DNA of 64,000 nt from an uncultured Alphaproteobacteria bacterium (GCA_963838365.1 CAWIQR010000012.1:119072-183071); one strand, 5' to 3'; positions 1 to 10,207 are shown, numbered from the stretch's first letter. The notes: generated by a model not told the origin, from the sequence alone. Program-made: numbers and translations.

Positions 1-1
1 A

Positions 2-115
2 GGCCCAGTGCGAATTTTCCGCCGACCACCATGAGAACGGGATAAGCACCGCAAAGCCCCAATGCGTGAGGCGCAGCGGCCAGTCCCACACCTGGATCAA
101 GCGCGCGGTGCGCAT
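2..115 (-). CDS. Cytochrome b/b6 domain protein (Ni/Fe-hydrogenase b-type cytochrome family), N-terminal part; runs off the window edge
   Basis: Manual translation from ATG at 115: MRTARLIQVWDWPLRLTHWGFAVLIPFSWW. The VWDxPxRxxHW motif is typical of this family. Lies directly downstream of cytochrome c'. Confidence 0.75.
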   Translation of the reverse strand, partial: MRTARLIQVWDWPLRLTHWGFAVLIPFSWWSAENSHWA

Positions 116-129
116 GGTGGAAAACACTC

Positions 130-624
130 CTATTTCTTATCGTCGAGGCGGAAAGTGTCGTGGCAATTCTTGCACGTCTTGCCGACATTGCCGACTTGCG
201 CTGCAACTGCCGTCGCATCGCCGCTCTGCGCGACCGTGATCATCTCGCGCTCGCATCGACCAGCATCGAATGCGCCTTGGCGAAATCTTCGGGTTTTTCC
301 CAGATCGTCGCCAGCGCCTCGGTGTCGTATCCTTCGGCAACCGATGTACCTTCGGGAAAATAGCCCTCGATCTTGAGCGCGGCGGCATTCATGTCTGTTG
401 CAGCGTCTGCGATCATACCAAGATCGGGGTTGCTGCCTTCCAACTGACCGCGGATCGCCTTGAACGCATCGCCGATCGTCTCGAAATTATCCTGCCGTTC
501 CTTGATAATTGCCGGTTCCGGGCTCATCGCTGCTTCGGAGCCGCCAGACGCATTGCCACCACACGCTGCAAGCAGACTGGCCAGAATGGCCGGTCGCCAT
601 TTTCAGTGTCTGGGATCGAATCAT
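130..624 (-). CDS. Cytochrome c' (class II cytochrome c) with a lipoprotein-type signal; two apparent 1-nt indels (about 600-603 and about 243)
   Basis: Central ORF 240..527 has the c' motifs IKERQDNF and ALATIWEKPEDF. A shifted frame continues MITVAQSGDATAVAAQVGNVGKTCKNCHDTFRLDDKK* (CxxCH near the C-terminus). Upstream are AAAGGAG, ATG at 624 and an LLAACGG lipobox. Confidence 0.8.
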
Positions 625-740
625 GCTCAGGCTCCTTTACGCGGTGGCGACAATCGGTGCCTGGCCAAGCGGCGGACACACGAGGAGAGGCCTGAACATA
701 GCCCCGCCCGCTGGAATAGTGGAGCAGAGCGGGGCTGCGA

Positions 741-1359
741 TCAATAGCCCATCAGGCTCATGACCTCCTGACGGCTGCGATGATCGTCCAGAAAACAGCC
801 CAGTATCCGGCTGGTAATCATTCCCGACGCCATGCACCTTGACCCCGCGACCGGTCATACAGCCGTGTTCCGCCTCGATCACCACGGCAACACCGCGTGG
901 TTCCAAATTATCCCAGATGCATTGTGCCACCTGCGCGGTCAGCCGTTCCTGCACTTGCAGGCGATGGGCAAAGCCATGCAGCACGCGCGCCAGTTTAGAG
1001 ATTCCGACTACCTTCTGATCGGGCAAATAGGCGATATGCGCCTTCCCGGTGATCGGCGCCATGTGGTGTTCGCAATGCGATTGAAACGGAATGTCTTTCA
1101 GCAGGACGATTTCGTCATACCCGCCCACTTCCTCGAAAATCCGCGACAGGTGCATGGCGGGGTCTTCCTTGTTGCCGCTGCAATATTCCAGCCATGCGCG
1201 GCCCACACGCTTGGGCGTGTCCAACAGACCCTCGCGCTCCGGATCGTCACCCGCCCAGCGCAAAAGTGTGCGCACCGCATCCTGCACTTCGTCAGGAACG
1301 TCAGGCTTGCCAAGTGGATTGTCGGGATCGAAATCGTCAGAATCGTGCTGATAATTCAT
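741..1359 (-). CDS. folE: GTP cyclohydrolase I; apparent +1 indel at about 821
   Basis: Motifs [32 protein letters not shown] and HGCMTGRG. Removing one base restores the C-terminus [27 protein letters not shown]. Confidence 0.92.
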
Positions 1360-1497
1360 CAGGGTCAGTTTTCCATGATAAGAACCGCGGTGTGTCGTCA
1401 GCCGCTCTTCTTGAAACATAGACATAATCCCCGCGATTTCCAGTGCGGCCCCTGCATCCGCCTGTCTGCAAGATTGGCGCGGTCCTGACCGCAAATC

Positions 1498-1533
1498 AAA
1501 AAAGCCCACCCTCGCGAAGAGGATGGGCTTTTT
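1498..1533 (-). terminator. Rho-independent terminator downstream of tRNA-Arg
   Basis: On the minus strand, stem AAGCCCAUCCUC / GAGGGUGGGCUU followed by a U-run; a T-run is also present on the other side. Confidence 0.8.
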
Positions 1534-1534
1534 A

Positions 1535-1611
1535 TGGTGCACCCGGAGCAATTCGAACGCCCGGCCCCCAGATTCGTAGTCTGGTGCTCTATCCAGCTGA
1601 GCTACGGGTGC
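1535..1611 (-). tRNA. tRNA-Arg (anticodon ACG)
   Basis: Reverse complement GCACCCGTAGCTCAGCTGGATAGAGCACCAGACT-ACG-AATCTGGGGGCCGGGCGTTCGAATTGCTCCGGGTGCACCA: cloverleaf, TTCGA T-loop, encoded CCA. Confidence 0.95.
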
Positions 1612-1683
1612 ACAACAAGGACCGCCGCATAAGAGTGCATACGCGGATTGGCAATAGCTGATTGCCCCTCGGCTGTCGGTTCT

Positions 1684-2133
1684 TCAATCTTTTGCAAACA
1701 GGCGCGCGGCCAGTTTTTGATCAAGTGGCGGTTTGGCCAGCTCCCCAATCTGCGCGGGGCTGAACCAGCCGAGCGTTCCGCCCTCCAGCGAGCGCGGCGT
1801 GCCGGTCCAGCGGTCCACTGTGTAAAGCAGGATGACAATGCCCGATCGCGAGAGATTGTCTTGATCTTCCGCAAACCCAACCGGTCTGCAGGTCGTATTT
1901 TCCAGGGTAATGCCAAGTTCTTCCAGCAGTTCACGCCGCAGCGCTTGTTCTGGCATTTCAGAGGGTTCAACCTTGCCCCCCGGAAATTCCCATAGGCCCC
2001 CGTGATGCTTTTCCAAAGGTCTGCGCTGCATAAGCCAATGGCCATCGGACCTGTGCAACGCCGCCGCGACGACCAGCATAAGGATGCCGGGGCTGTCGGT
2101 ATTTTTTCCAGTCGAGCGCTCGCTCTCAATCAT
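1684..2133 (-). CDS. NUDIX hydrolase, MutT-like (d)NTP pyrophosphohydrolase
   Basis: Nudix box GLWEFPGGKVEPSEMPEQALRRELLEELGI. Confidence 0.88.
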   Translation of the reverse strand: MIESERSTGKNTDSPGILMLVVAAALHRSDGHWLMQRRPLEKHHGGLWEFPGGKVEPSEMPEQALRRELLEELGITLENTTCRPVGFAEDQDNLSRSGIVILLYTVDRWTGTPRSLEGGTLGWFSPAQIGELAKPPLDQKLAARLFAKD

Positions 2134-2191
2134 TTGTTAAGACCCTGAGCCGATTTTGATGAGGTCAGCAACGTAGCAGACGGATGGAACC

Positions 2192-2377
2192 ATGAACTTG
2201 ACGAAATTCTCAAAGCACATTGGGAGCGACGATCAGGGTGCCACCGCGATTGAATACGGACTGATACTGAGTTTGATCGTAATTGGACTGATCGTGGGTT
2301 TGCAGGTGCTCGCAGCTGCCAACTCAAGCCAGTGGCAATACGTGATGGACGAAGTTGTAAAAGCAATGGGCGGTTAA
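2192..2377 (+). CDS. flp: Flp family type IVb pilin
   Basis: DDQG/ATAIEYGLI prepilin cleavage and Flp motif followed by a hydrophobic helix; 61 aa. Confidence 0.88.
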   Translation: MNLTKFSKHIGSDDQGATAIEYGLILSLIVIGLIVGLQVLAAANSSQWQYVMDEVVKAMGG

Positions 2378-2493
2378 CTCTTTCGAAAGGCCGACGATTA
2401 GGAATTTCTCAAGAGCTTGCCCCTAAACCAAGATTGTCTGCTTACAAATACAAAGCAGGTACGGGTACTGAAGACCAAACCAGGAGACTACAA

Positions 2494-2676
2494 ATGACCT
2501 TTTTCAAGAAACTGGCTCGTGACGAGCAGGGCGCAACCGCAATCGAATACGGCCTGATCGCTGCTCTGATCGCTGTCGCAGCCATCACCGCGATGACCGC
2601 CGTTGGCGAAAACGTGACCACGACCTTCAGCGGCGTCGGCACCACGCTCGACACGGCGAACACCAAGCTTCCGTAA
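2494..2676 (+). CDS. flp: Flp family type IVb pilin (PilA-like major pilin)
   Basis: MTFFKKLARDEQG/ATAIEYGLIAALIAVA; RBS CAGGAGA upstream of the ATG at 2494. Confidence 0.92.
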   Translation: MTFFKKLARDEQGATAIEYGLIAALIAVAAITAMTAVGENVTTTFSGVGTTLDTANTKLP

Positions 2677-2695
2677 GCTTTGGGCGTTACGCTAT

Positions 2696-2734
2696 AAAAA
2701 AGAGCGGCGGGGACATTTCCCCGCCGCTTTTTTT
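2696..2734. terminator. Bidirectional rho-independent terminator
   Basis: A-run, stem AGCGGCGGGGA-CATT-TCCCCGCCGCT, then T-run; lies between the convergent flp and M48 protease genes. Confidence 0.85.
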
Positions 2735-2762
2735 GTGCCTTCAATAACGTATCAGTGATGGC

Positions 2763-4298
2763 TCAGCGGGCGCGCACCACCATTTTGACCATCTGGCCAG
2801 CGCGCAACTCTTCGTTCGAGGCCAAGCCATTCAGCACGCGGAACCGGGCCTCCTGATTATCACTGTAAGCCATTCGTCGTGACAAGGCCGCTACCGTGTC
2901 GCCGCGCGCAACCGTTACCACGTCAATACGCCGCGGCACGACCGCGTCAGCCTCTGCCTGAGTGATCCGGCGCATCGACTGGAACATCGCACCAAACGTG
3001 TTCATCTGCCCGGCAGGAGCGATTGCCTGGAAATGGAATGCCTGACCCGGCGCAAATTCATAAGCATAAATCGCAACATCGACCTGCGAATTTCCGTTGT
3101 TCACGCGGGCCGTGCCCACCGCAGCGCGCAATCCGTTTACGGTTGTCCGCTGGATATCCTGCGGCGCGAGCGTGTTATTCTGGCCGCCCAACGTCGCAAA
3201 TTGCTGACGGATGTAAGCGTCAAGATCGCCACTATACGCCGCAGTGGTCAATTGCGCCTGGCCGCTCTGGCCGTTGATGCTGACGGCGCGCGTGCTGTTC
3301 ACCATGTAGAAGCCTTGCGGCGCGGTGAAGGACAGACGCAGATCGGGGTGAATGAAGCGGCTACCCTCGATCACGCCTTGTTCTGGATCATCCCCGTATA
3401 ACAGTCCATCGATTCGGGTCAGGAAAGTATCGCGATTCGTCGCTCCGGTGCCCAGCGGCTGCGCCTTTGCCAGTGCGGATTGCACCCGGCTCGCGGGATC
3501 GGGGTGGGTCGATGCCCATTCCGGCACGCTCGCGTTGCGGCCCTGCACTCTTGCATCCAGAGAATTTTGCGCCGCAAGACTGGCGAGCACAGTGCCCATA
3601 GCCCGCGGATCGTAACCCGCACGGGTCAGGTACTGAATGCCCAGATCATCCGCTTCCAGCTCCTGCTGGCGTGAGAATCGCAGGGTCAGCAATTGTGACC
3701 CCTGAAGGAAACCGCGCGAGATCGTGCTGCCGATGGAGCTGTCGCCCAGCAAAACCGAGCTGACAACCGCGCCGAGCAGTCCGCCGATCTGATTGCGCTG
3801 AGCGTTCTGCTGGCGACGTTGGGAATGGCGCGCAGCAACGTGGCCGACTTCATGCCCCATCACAGCGGCAAGTTCCGCCTCGTTGTTCATCAGCGTCACC
3901 AGCTGTCGCGTGGTGTAGACATATCCCCCCGGCACCGCGAAAGCGTTATGGACGGGTGAGTTAAGCAGGCTGACGGTGAAACTTTCACGTGCGCCGCCAA
4001 GGCCGGATTGCACCGCGACATTCTTTGTCACCTGTTCGACATACGTAGCCTGCGAACCAGTCATCGCTCCGCCGAACTGAGCGAGCAATTGCGGGTGAAA
4101 TTCCGCTCCCTGCTTTGCTTCTGTCTGCGTAATTGGCGCGGAGGCGGAAGGGATCGGCGCTCCAGTGCCAAGGCAGGCGGTGGTCGTCATCGCACCGGCA
4201 GTGATCGCCCAGATGCGGGCATACGGCCCAAGTCTGGAGCCGCGACGGGCACGTTCGGGCAACGGAAAGCGACGATAGGTCTTCGGGGCAGTGGTCAT
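2763..4298 (-). CDS. M48 family Zn metalloprotease (BepA/YfgC-like), probable lipoprotein, with a C-terminal LysM-like segment
   Basis: NAFAVPGG, HEVGH (HExxH), ELEAD and STHP motifs; C-terminal VVTVARGDTVAALS. Start codon uncertain. Confidence 0.85.
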   Translation of the reverse strand: MTTAPKTYRRFPLPERARRGSRLGPYARIWAITAGAMTTTACLGTGAPIPSASAPITQTEAKQGAEFHPQLLAQFGGAMTGSQATYVEQVTKNVAVQSGLGGARESFTVSLLNSPVHNAFAVPGGYVYTTRQLVTLMNNEAELAAVMGHEVGHVAARHSQRRQQNAQRNQIGGLLGAVVSSVLLGDSSIGSTISRGFLQGSQLLTLRFSRQQELEADDLGIQYLTRAGYDPRAMGTVLASLAAQNSLDARVQGRNASVPEWASTHPDPASRVQSALAKAQPLGTGATNRDTFLTRIDGLLYGDDPEQGVIEGSRFIHPDLRLSFTAPQGFYMVNSTRAVSINGQSGQAQLTTAAYSGDLDAYIRQQFATLGGQNNTLAPQDIQRTTVNGLRAAVGTARVNNGNSQVDVAIYAYEFAPGQAFHFQAIAPAGQMNTFGAMFQSMRRITQAEADAVVPRRIDVVTVARGDTVAALSRRMAYSDNQEARFRVLNGLASNEELRAGQMVKMVVRAR

Positions 4299-4385
4299 GA
4301 TAATCCCTCAAACAATGGCGTTATTGTTATCTAATGGGATAAATACCTGAACGACGTAACGGTTCCTGACCCTACAAATTGCCGT

Positions 4386-5345
4386 TTAACCGCCCAATTG
4401 CAGGAACCTGTCCTCGCGCATTTTTATCAAATGTTCGCTGCTGAAATTGCCCAGTTCGGTCAATTCCTCGCCCAACGCGTTGCCCAGCGCGCGTGCTGCA
4501 GCCTGTGGATCGCGATGCGCCCCGCCGATTGGCTCTTTCACGATCCTGTCGATCACGCCCAATCGTTTCAGGTGCTGCGCCGTCACCTTCATCGCTTCGG
4601 CCGCCTCGGGTGCTTTTTCGGCAGTGCGCCACAAGATTGAGGCGCAACCCTCTGGAGAGATTACGGAATACACCGCATGTTCAAACATCAGCACGCGTTC
4701 CGCGCTGGCCAGCGCAACCGCGCCGCCCGACCCGCCCTCGCCCACGATAACCGACACCATCGGCACCGGCAGCGCCAAACACGCCTCTGTTGAACGGGCG
4801 ATGGCTTCGGCCTGGCCGCGCTCCTCCGCTTCGATCCCCGGAAATGCGCCCGACGTATCGACCAGCGTAACCACTGGCAGGCCGAATCGCCCGGCCAGTT
4901 CCATCAGACGGATCGCCTTGCGGTATCCCTCGGGTTTGCCCATCCCGAAATTGTGCTGGATGCGGGTTTGCGTATCATGCCCTTTTTCGTGCCCGATCAA
5001 CATGACGCGGGTTGTCGTATCGCCGCTGCCACGCAAACGGGCAAAGCCGCCCATGATCGCCAGATCGTCGCCGAAATGCCGATCCCCGCCTAGTGGCACA
5101 AAATCTTCAAAGGCATGAGCGACATAGTCACGGAAATGCGGGCGCTGCGGATGCCGCGCGACCTGCGTTTTCTGCCAAGGCGTGAGCGAGGCATAGGTGC
5201 TGGCGAGCAATTCCACGCTCTTGTGTTCAAGGCGCGTTATCTCGGAGGTCACATCCACGCCGTGATGGGCGTCCACACCGCGCAGTTCCGCTATGCGCTC
5301 TTCCAGAGTGGCGACGGGCTTCTCGAATTCGAGGTAGGAAATCAT
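4386..5345 (-). CDS. accA: Acetyl-CoA carboxylase carboxyltransferase subunit alpha
   Basis: [10 protein letters not shown] start; [27 protein letters not shown] and GEGGSGGA motifs. Confidence 0.96.
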   Translation of the reverse strand: MISYLEFEKPVATLEERIAELRGVDAHHGVDVTSEITRLEHKSVELLASTYASLTPWQKTQVARHPQRPHFRDYVAHAFEDFVPLGGDRHFGDDLAIMGGFARLRGSGDTTTRVMLIGHEKGHDTQTRIQHNFGMGKPEGYRKAIRLMELAGRFGLPVVTLVDTSGAFPGIEAEERGQAEAIARSTEACLALPVPMVSVIVGEGGSGGAVALASAERVLMFEHAVYSVISPEGCASILWRTAEKAPEAAEAMKVTAQHLKRLGVIDRIVKEPIGGAHRDPQAAARALGNALGEELTELGNFSSEHLIKMREDRFLQLGG

Positions 5346-5355
5346 GGGCCTTGCG

Positions 5356-6306
5356 CTAGTCCTGATGTCTGCGCGCGGCAACCTGTTTCCCGCCCCGTCC
5401 CTCACCCGCCAGCGGATGTCGTGCATTCACCAGCTGAACCAGACGCGCCGCATCAACATGCGTGTAAATCTGGGTTGTGGCAATATCGGCATGACCCAAC
5501 AGCATTTGCAGCATCCGCAGATCTGCCCCGCCTTCCAGCAGGTGCGTGGCAAAGGCATGGCGCAGCACATGCGGGCTGACCCCAGCCGGATCGAGGCCGG
5601 CACGAACGCTCAACTCCTTCAACATCTGGAACAATCGCACACGGGTAAGGTGCTTTCCACCGCGCGATGGGAACAGAAAAGCGGATGCAGGCTTTTGCGG
5701 CCGCAGCTCCAGCCAGTGGCGCAACGCATCGCGGGCTCGGTCGCTGACCGGCACAATGCGCGATGCCCCGCCCTTGCCCGTGATCGTCATCACCGGAGCA
5801 TCGCGCGGCAGGGCGATCAGAGGCAATGCAACCAGTTCGGTGGCGCGCAGGCCCGATCCATACAGCAATTCGAGCAGCGCCAATTGCCGCACTTTCACGG
5901 GCGTTCCAGCCGCCGCCTCCGCCTCCGCGCATTCGAACAGCGCATCGACAGCATCGTGGTCGAGCACCTTTGGAAGTGGTCGGCGGGTGCGCGGATTAGG
6001 CAGTGCGCCGGACGGATCGTCGCTGCGCCACCCCTCGTCCAGCGCAAATCCGAAGAATTGCCGCAGCGCCGATGCCTTTCGCGCGATTGTTGCCGGGGCC
6101 AGCGCGGACCAGTGCGTCGCCAATTTGGCGACATCCACTCTCGATGCGTTCGCGAGATCGCCGATCAGCTCCTCAGCACCGGAAAGATCGCGGGAATAGG
6201 CAGCCAGAGTGTTCGCCGCCGCCCCGCGCTCTGCGCTCAGCATGTCGAGGAAGGATGATACCGCGGCAGACAACGGATCAAGCGCGCGAAACGGCCTCCG
6301 CCGCAA
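5356..6306 (-). CDS. xerD: Site-specific tyrosine recombinase XerD
   Basis: [47 protein letters not shown] and [14 protein letters not shown]. The xerD-accA order is typical of alphaproteobacteria. Start uncertain. Confidence 0.9.
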   Translation of the reverse strand: MRRRPFRALDPLSAAVSSFLDMLSAERGAAANTLAAYSRDLSGAEELIGDLANASRVDVAKLATHWSALAPATIARKASALRQFFGFALDEGWRSDDPSGALPNPRTRRPLPKVLDHDAVDALFECAEAEAAAGTPVKVRQLALLELLYGSGLRATELVALPLIALPRDAPVMTITGKGGASRIVPVSDRARDALRHWLELRPQKPASAFLFPSRGGKHLTRVRLFQMLKELSVRAGLDPAGVSPHVLRHAFATHLLEGGADLRMLQMLLGHADIATTQIYTHVDAARLVQLVNARHPLAGEGRGGKQVAARRHQD

Positions 6307-8203
6307 TCATTCGCGCTTCGGCCTCCAGCCCGACCTGCCGCAGCGCAGACGTGATGTGATAAAGGTGCAGCGGGGTCATTTGCGACCAGTCATCGCCCTG
6401 CATACCCAGCCCGGCCAGAAGCGCGACCATCGCCGGATTGCGAACCTGCGCCGCGCGCGCGATCATGCCAGACCATTTCGTTTGCCGCGTCAGGCCCAGC
6501 GAAAGACTGTCGTTAAACGAGCTGGCCGTGCCTGCATCCACCCGGCCCAGCCCTGCGAGACCCGCGACCAGAAATTGCGAGCGGCGCTGCTTTGCGCTGG
6601 TGTCATCGTCGACGAAACTGTCAATCCCGCCTGATGATGCCGTCTCACCTGCGGGATCGGCCAACGCCAGCAAGGCCCAGCCAAGGCTGCCCTCCTCCAC
6701 CACCGGTTTCCACGCGGCGGCATCGCGGTCCAGCCCTGCGGTCAGCATCGATGCAATCAGCACGCCCGCCTTGTCAGACAGGTCTTCGGATGCAGGAACC
6801 CGCGCTGCGGCATAGGCGGTCAGCACGCTTGTCCAATGGGCGGAGCCATTGGTGCCATCCGTGCCGTTTTTCCAAAGCGTTTCCATTGCCGCAATCCGCC
6901 CTGCCGGATCGTTTGCCGTATAGGCTGTGCGCAGCCGGTTGGCGCGTTCCTGCATGGGACCGTCAATTGTCTCGTCGGCATATATGGCGCTGTAGAGATC
7001 AACCATCGCCTGCGCGGAAAATATACCCTCCGCGCCCGCACGTTCGGCATATTGCGCACGCTGTTGCAGCGGCAGCATTGCCGACACCGCTCCGGCGCGG
7101 GCATAAAACGGATCGGTCTGTTCCAGCAGCGGTTCGGGGATCGCCTCCCCCACAGCATTGGCCACGGCAAAACGCCACGGATTAAGCGTGTCCACGCCCT
7201 CCCATTCGATCTGCACGGACTGGCGCGACCGGCCCGCCGCGCCTGCAAATCTGCGGGCCAGCAGCACGTCGATAGCGGGTGCGATGCCACGGTTCAGCGC
7301 AGAACTGAGCTGCGAGGATGCAAGCGCGCTTTCCCCGGCATAGGCGTTGCAAATGGCGGCGATCAGCGCCCATTGCGGATCATCCTTGGCGCCGCCGCGC
7401 GCGCTGCCTTGCAGGCGGACATACGGGCAGGCGCCGACTGGATCGGAGCCCGCGACATAGGCGGTCAACGCCTGATCCGCGAGCGGTGCGGACCAGTTGC
7501 TGGTATCCACATCCTGCACCAGCGACCGGGTGGCGGCGTATTCACCCATCCGGTTGAGAACGCCTGCGCGCAGGGTGACGAATTCCACCGGGTCCATCGC
7601 GGCAGGCGCGGAAAGGCGGCTGACCAGAGCGCGGCGCACCAGGATATGACCCCAGCGCGAAACCAGCGGCGTGCCCGTTCCGGCGAGCATTGCGCGAACG
7701 AGCGAAACCGGTTGCCCGGCCAGACTTTCAGACGGAAAACCGCCCTCCTGCGTGCCTAGCAGACCCACCTGATCGAGCGAGCGGCGCGCAGCCGGAGGAA
7801 TATCGAATTTCGGCTTCAGACCCAACAATTCATCAAGCTGATCGGTCGAAAGGTTCTCAAGTTCGCTGGCGCTGGGCAGCCGCGCGCCGCCCGCGCTGGG
7901 GATGGCGGGCAGATCGGCAGGGGCCGAACCGGCATTGCCGGGTGTGACCGAAGGAGAGGCCGGTGGTCTTGGAGGTGAAGGTGTATTGCCCCCCGGATTG
8001 CCCCCAGCATTGCCCTGCGCGGGTGAGGGTGCGGGGCGCGGCGTTGGAGTGGGCGCAGGCGCGGGATCGTCAAAACCGGGCGGCAGGATCAATTCAGGCG
8101 AGCTTTGCGCGATTGCCAACCCGCTCACCATCGCTCCGCCAAGCGCACCTGCAATACCAAGCGCGCCTGCAAATCCTACAGACCGCCAACGCGCGCGCAT
8201 CAT
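6278..8203 (-). CDS. Exported protein of unknown function with a Pro-rich N-terminal linker
   Basis: 641-aa ORF with a signal peptide (AIAQ), a Pro-rich linker and an Ala/Leu-rich helical body; high-GC coding pattern; overlaps its neighbours in operon fashion. Confidence 0.75.
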   Translation of the reverse strand: MMRARWRSVGFAGALGIAGALGGAMVSGLAIAQSSPELILPPGFDDPAPAPTPTPRPAPSPAQGNAGGNPGGNTPSPPRPPASPSVTPGNAGSAPADLPAIPSAGGARLPSASELENLSTDQLDELLGLKPKFDIPPAARRSLDQVGLLGTQEGGFPSESLAGQPVSLVRAMLAGTGTPLVSRWGHILVRRALVSRLSAPAAMDPVEFVTLRAGVLNRMGEYAATRSLVQDVDTSNWSAPLADQALTAYVAGSDPVGACPYVRLQGSARGGAKDDPQWALIAAICNAYAGESALASSQLSSALNRGIAPAIDVLLARRFAGAAGRSRQSVQIEWEGVDTLNPWRFAVANAVGEAIPEPLLEQTDPFYARAGAVSAMLPLQQRAQYAERAGAEGIFSAQAMVDLYSAIYADETIDGPMQERANRLRTAYTANDPAGRIAAMETLWKNGTDGTNGSAHWTSVLTAYAAARVPASEDLSDKAGVLIASMLTAGLDRDAAAWKPVVEEGSLGWALLALADPAGETASSGGIDSFVDDDTSAKQRRSQFLVAGLAGLGRVDAGTASSFNDSLSLGLTRQTKWSGMIARAAQVRNPAMVALLAGLGMQGDDWSQMTPLHLYHITSALRQVGLEAEARMIAAEAVSRA

Positions 8204-8436
8204 GTCGCCGCTCCTGCAGCATTACCCGGCGTTGCCACTGGCTGCACGATCGGATGGATCGGTTCTTCACCGCCATCCATCCATGCAACCCCGATCAGCA
8301 CCGCCAGCGCGGTCAGCCCAGCCAGCCACCAGCGCCGCGCTGCACGCGGTGGTTTGGCGAAACTGCTGCGGCCCGATCTGGAAAGTCGGCGCGAACTGGA
8401 AGACAATGACGAAATGACCCGTGACCCTTGCTGCAT
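8200..8436 (-). CDS. Small single-TM hypothetical protein
   Basis: WWLAGLTALAVLIGVAWMDGGEEPIHPIVQPV; its stop overlaps the start of the next gene. Start uncertain. Confidence 0.55.
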   Translation of the reverse strand: MQQGSRVISSLSSSSRRLSRSGRSSFAKPPRAARRWWLAGLTALAVLIGVAWMDGGEEPIHPIVQPVATPGNAAGAAT

Positions 8437-8474
8437 GTTGCGCGCGCCTTACCCCATCTATAGGCCATTTCGCA

Positions 8475-9080
8475 ATGACCGACGCATCGACCCATCAGCC
8501 CGCAGGCGGCTCTGCACAAGACGATAAGGACAATGCCCCCGACATCGCGCAATTGCGCGCTCGCCTCAATCGCCCGATCGTGCTGGTCGGGCTGATGGGG
8601 GTGGGCAAATCGACCGTCGGGCGCAGGCTTGCGACGGTGCTGGGATGCGGGTTCGTGGACGCGGACGATGCGATAGAAGACGCCGCGCAGCGTTCCATCG
8701 CTGAAATCTTCGAAGAGTTCGGAGAAGCGTATTTTCGCGATGGCGAGCGCCGGGTGATTGCCCGCCTGATGGAAGAGAATTGCGCCGTGATCGCTACCGG
8801 CGGCGGTGCCTTTGTCGACCCGGAAACGCGCGCGCTTATCCTCCAGCGCGGTATCGCGGTGTGGATCGATTGCGATATCGAGACACTGGTGGATCGCACA
8901 TCACGCCGCGATCATCGCCCTTTGCTGAAAACCGGTGATCCGCACGAAATCCTGACCCGTCTGCATACCGACCGACATCCTTATTATGCGCAATCGCATG
9001 TCCGTGTTCGCAGCGATAACGGCCCGCACACGGAAACGGTGCGCGCTATACTTTCAGGGATACATGAATGGCTGGGATGA
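8475..9080 (+). CDS. aroK: Shikimate kinase
   Basis: Walker A GLMGVGKST, FRDGERRV, ATGGGA and RPLL. Confidence 0.95.
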   Translation: MTDASTHQPAGGSAQDDKDNAPDIAQLRARLNRPIVLVGLMGVGKSTVGRRLATVLGCGFVDADDAIEDAAQRSIAEIFEEFGEAYFRDGERRVIARLMEENCAVIATGGGAFVDPETRALILQRGIAVWIDCDIETLVDRTSRRDHRPLLKTGDPHEILTRLHTDRHPYYAQSHVRVRSDNGPHTETVRAILSGIHEWLG

Positions 9081-10207
9081 ATGCGCGCGATGTGATCGGG
9101 GTCAAACTGGCCGGGCGCGAATACAATGTGGTGATAGGACCGGGTCTGCTGGCCGATCTGGCGAATGTCGCTGGACCGTGGATCGCCTCTTATGGGGGCA
9201 CGCGCCAAGTGCCGTTCGTGGCCGATACCAACACGCACCGTCTGTACGGAGCTGCGGTCGAGGCGGCGCTGGCGAAGGTGGGTCTTACCGCCGACTGGTT
9301 CATTGTTTCACCGGGAGAGGACGCCAAAAGCTGGGCCGTTCTGGAACGCCTCACGGACTGGCTACTGGCGCTGGGCGTGACCCGTTCCGATCATGTATTC
9401 GCGCTGGGAGGCGGGGTCGTGGGCGACCTGACCGGGTTTGCCTGCGCCGTAACGAAGCGTGGCTGCGGCTTCGTCCAGATCCCCACTACCTTACTGGCGC
9501 AGGTGGACAGCTCAGTCGGCGGCAAAACCGCGATTAATACCCGCGCGGGCAAGAACCTGATCGGCGCATTCCATCAACCCGCCGCAGTGTTTATCGACCC
9601 GCTGGTGCTGACCACCCTGCCCGACCGGGAGATGCGCGCAGGCTATGCCGAGGTGCTGAAATACGGGCTGCTGGGCGATGCGGCATTCTTTGACTGGCTG
9701 GAGGCAAACGGCCCCGCCGTTCTGGCACGTGAGCCGGACGCGCTCGCTCATGCCATCGCCACCAGCATCCGGGCGAAGGCCCGGATCGTCGCCGAGGATG
9801 AGCGCGAGACGACCGGCGTACGCGCGCTTTTGAACCTGGGGCACACATTCGGGCATGCGCTGGAGGCGGAGACCGGTTTTGGCGACCGCCTGCTGCATGG
9901 CGAAGGGGTGGCGCTGGGCATGGTGCTGGCGGCGCGATATTCGGCATTGAAGGGCGATATGCCGCCAGCAGAAGCGCAACTGGTCGCCCGGACCATCAGC
10001 GCATCCGGCATGAACGCCGAAATCGCCGATCTTGGGCTGGATTGCGACGGCGCGGCTCTGGTCGATCACATGAGGCATGACAAGAAGATGGAGGGCGATG
10101 TGCTGCCCTTCCTGCTGCTGCACGGCATTGGCGATGCATACATGGCGCGCGATGTGAACCTTGCCGATGTGGCGGCATTTCTGGACGGGGAGCTGGCCCG
10201 GCAATGA
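9077..10207 (+). CDS. aroB: 3-dehydroquinate synthase
   Basis: GGGVVGDL, PTTLLAQVDSSVGGKT, GYAEVLKY, LNLGHTFGHALE and LLHGE. Confidence 0.96.
   Translation: MNARDVIGVKLAGREYNVVIGPGLLADLANVAGPWIASYGGTRQVPFVADTNTHRLYGAAVEAALAKVGLTADWFIVSPGEDAKSWAVLERLTDWLLALGVTRSDHVFALGGGVVGDLTGFACAVTKRGCGFVQIPTTLLAQVDSSVGGKTAINTRAGKNLIGAFHQPAAVFIDPLVLTTLPDREMRAGYAEVLKYGLLGDAAFFDWLEANGPAVLAREPDALAHAIATSIRAKARIVAEDERETTGVRALLNLGHTFGHALEAETGFGDRLLHGEGVALGMVLAARYSALKGDMPPAEAQLVARTISASGMNAEIADLGLDCDGAALVDHMRHDKKMEGDVLPFLLLHGIGDAYMARDVNLADVAAFLDGELARQ

Noticed and set aside
1360-1497. THF-II (folE motif) riboswitch upstream of folE
   Set aside because: I could not find the conserved core or a convincing hairpin over the RBS; an Rfam scan would settle it.
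1535-1683. tRNA-Arg as an island integration site
   Set aside because: There is no adjacent integrase, no duplicated tRNA 3' end and no compositional break.
2130-2490. CtrA boxes upstream of the flp pilins (also TTAA motifs near 24778 and 44016)
   Set aside because: Only half-sites or wrongly spaced pairs; there is no clean TTAA-N7-TTAA.
5356-6306. Tyrosine recombinase as a phage or ICE integrase
   Set aside because: Motifs and the accA linkage identify housekeeping XerD, and there are no mobile genes nearby.
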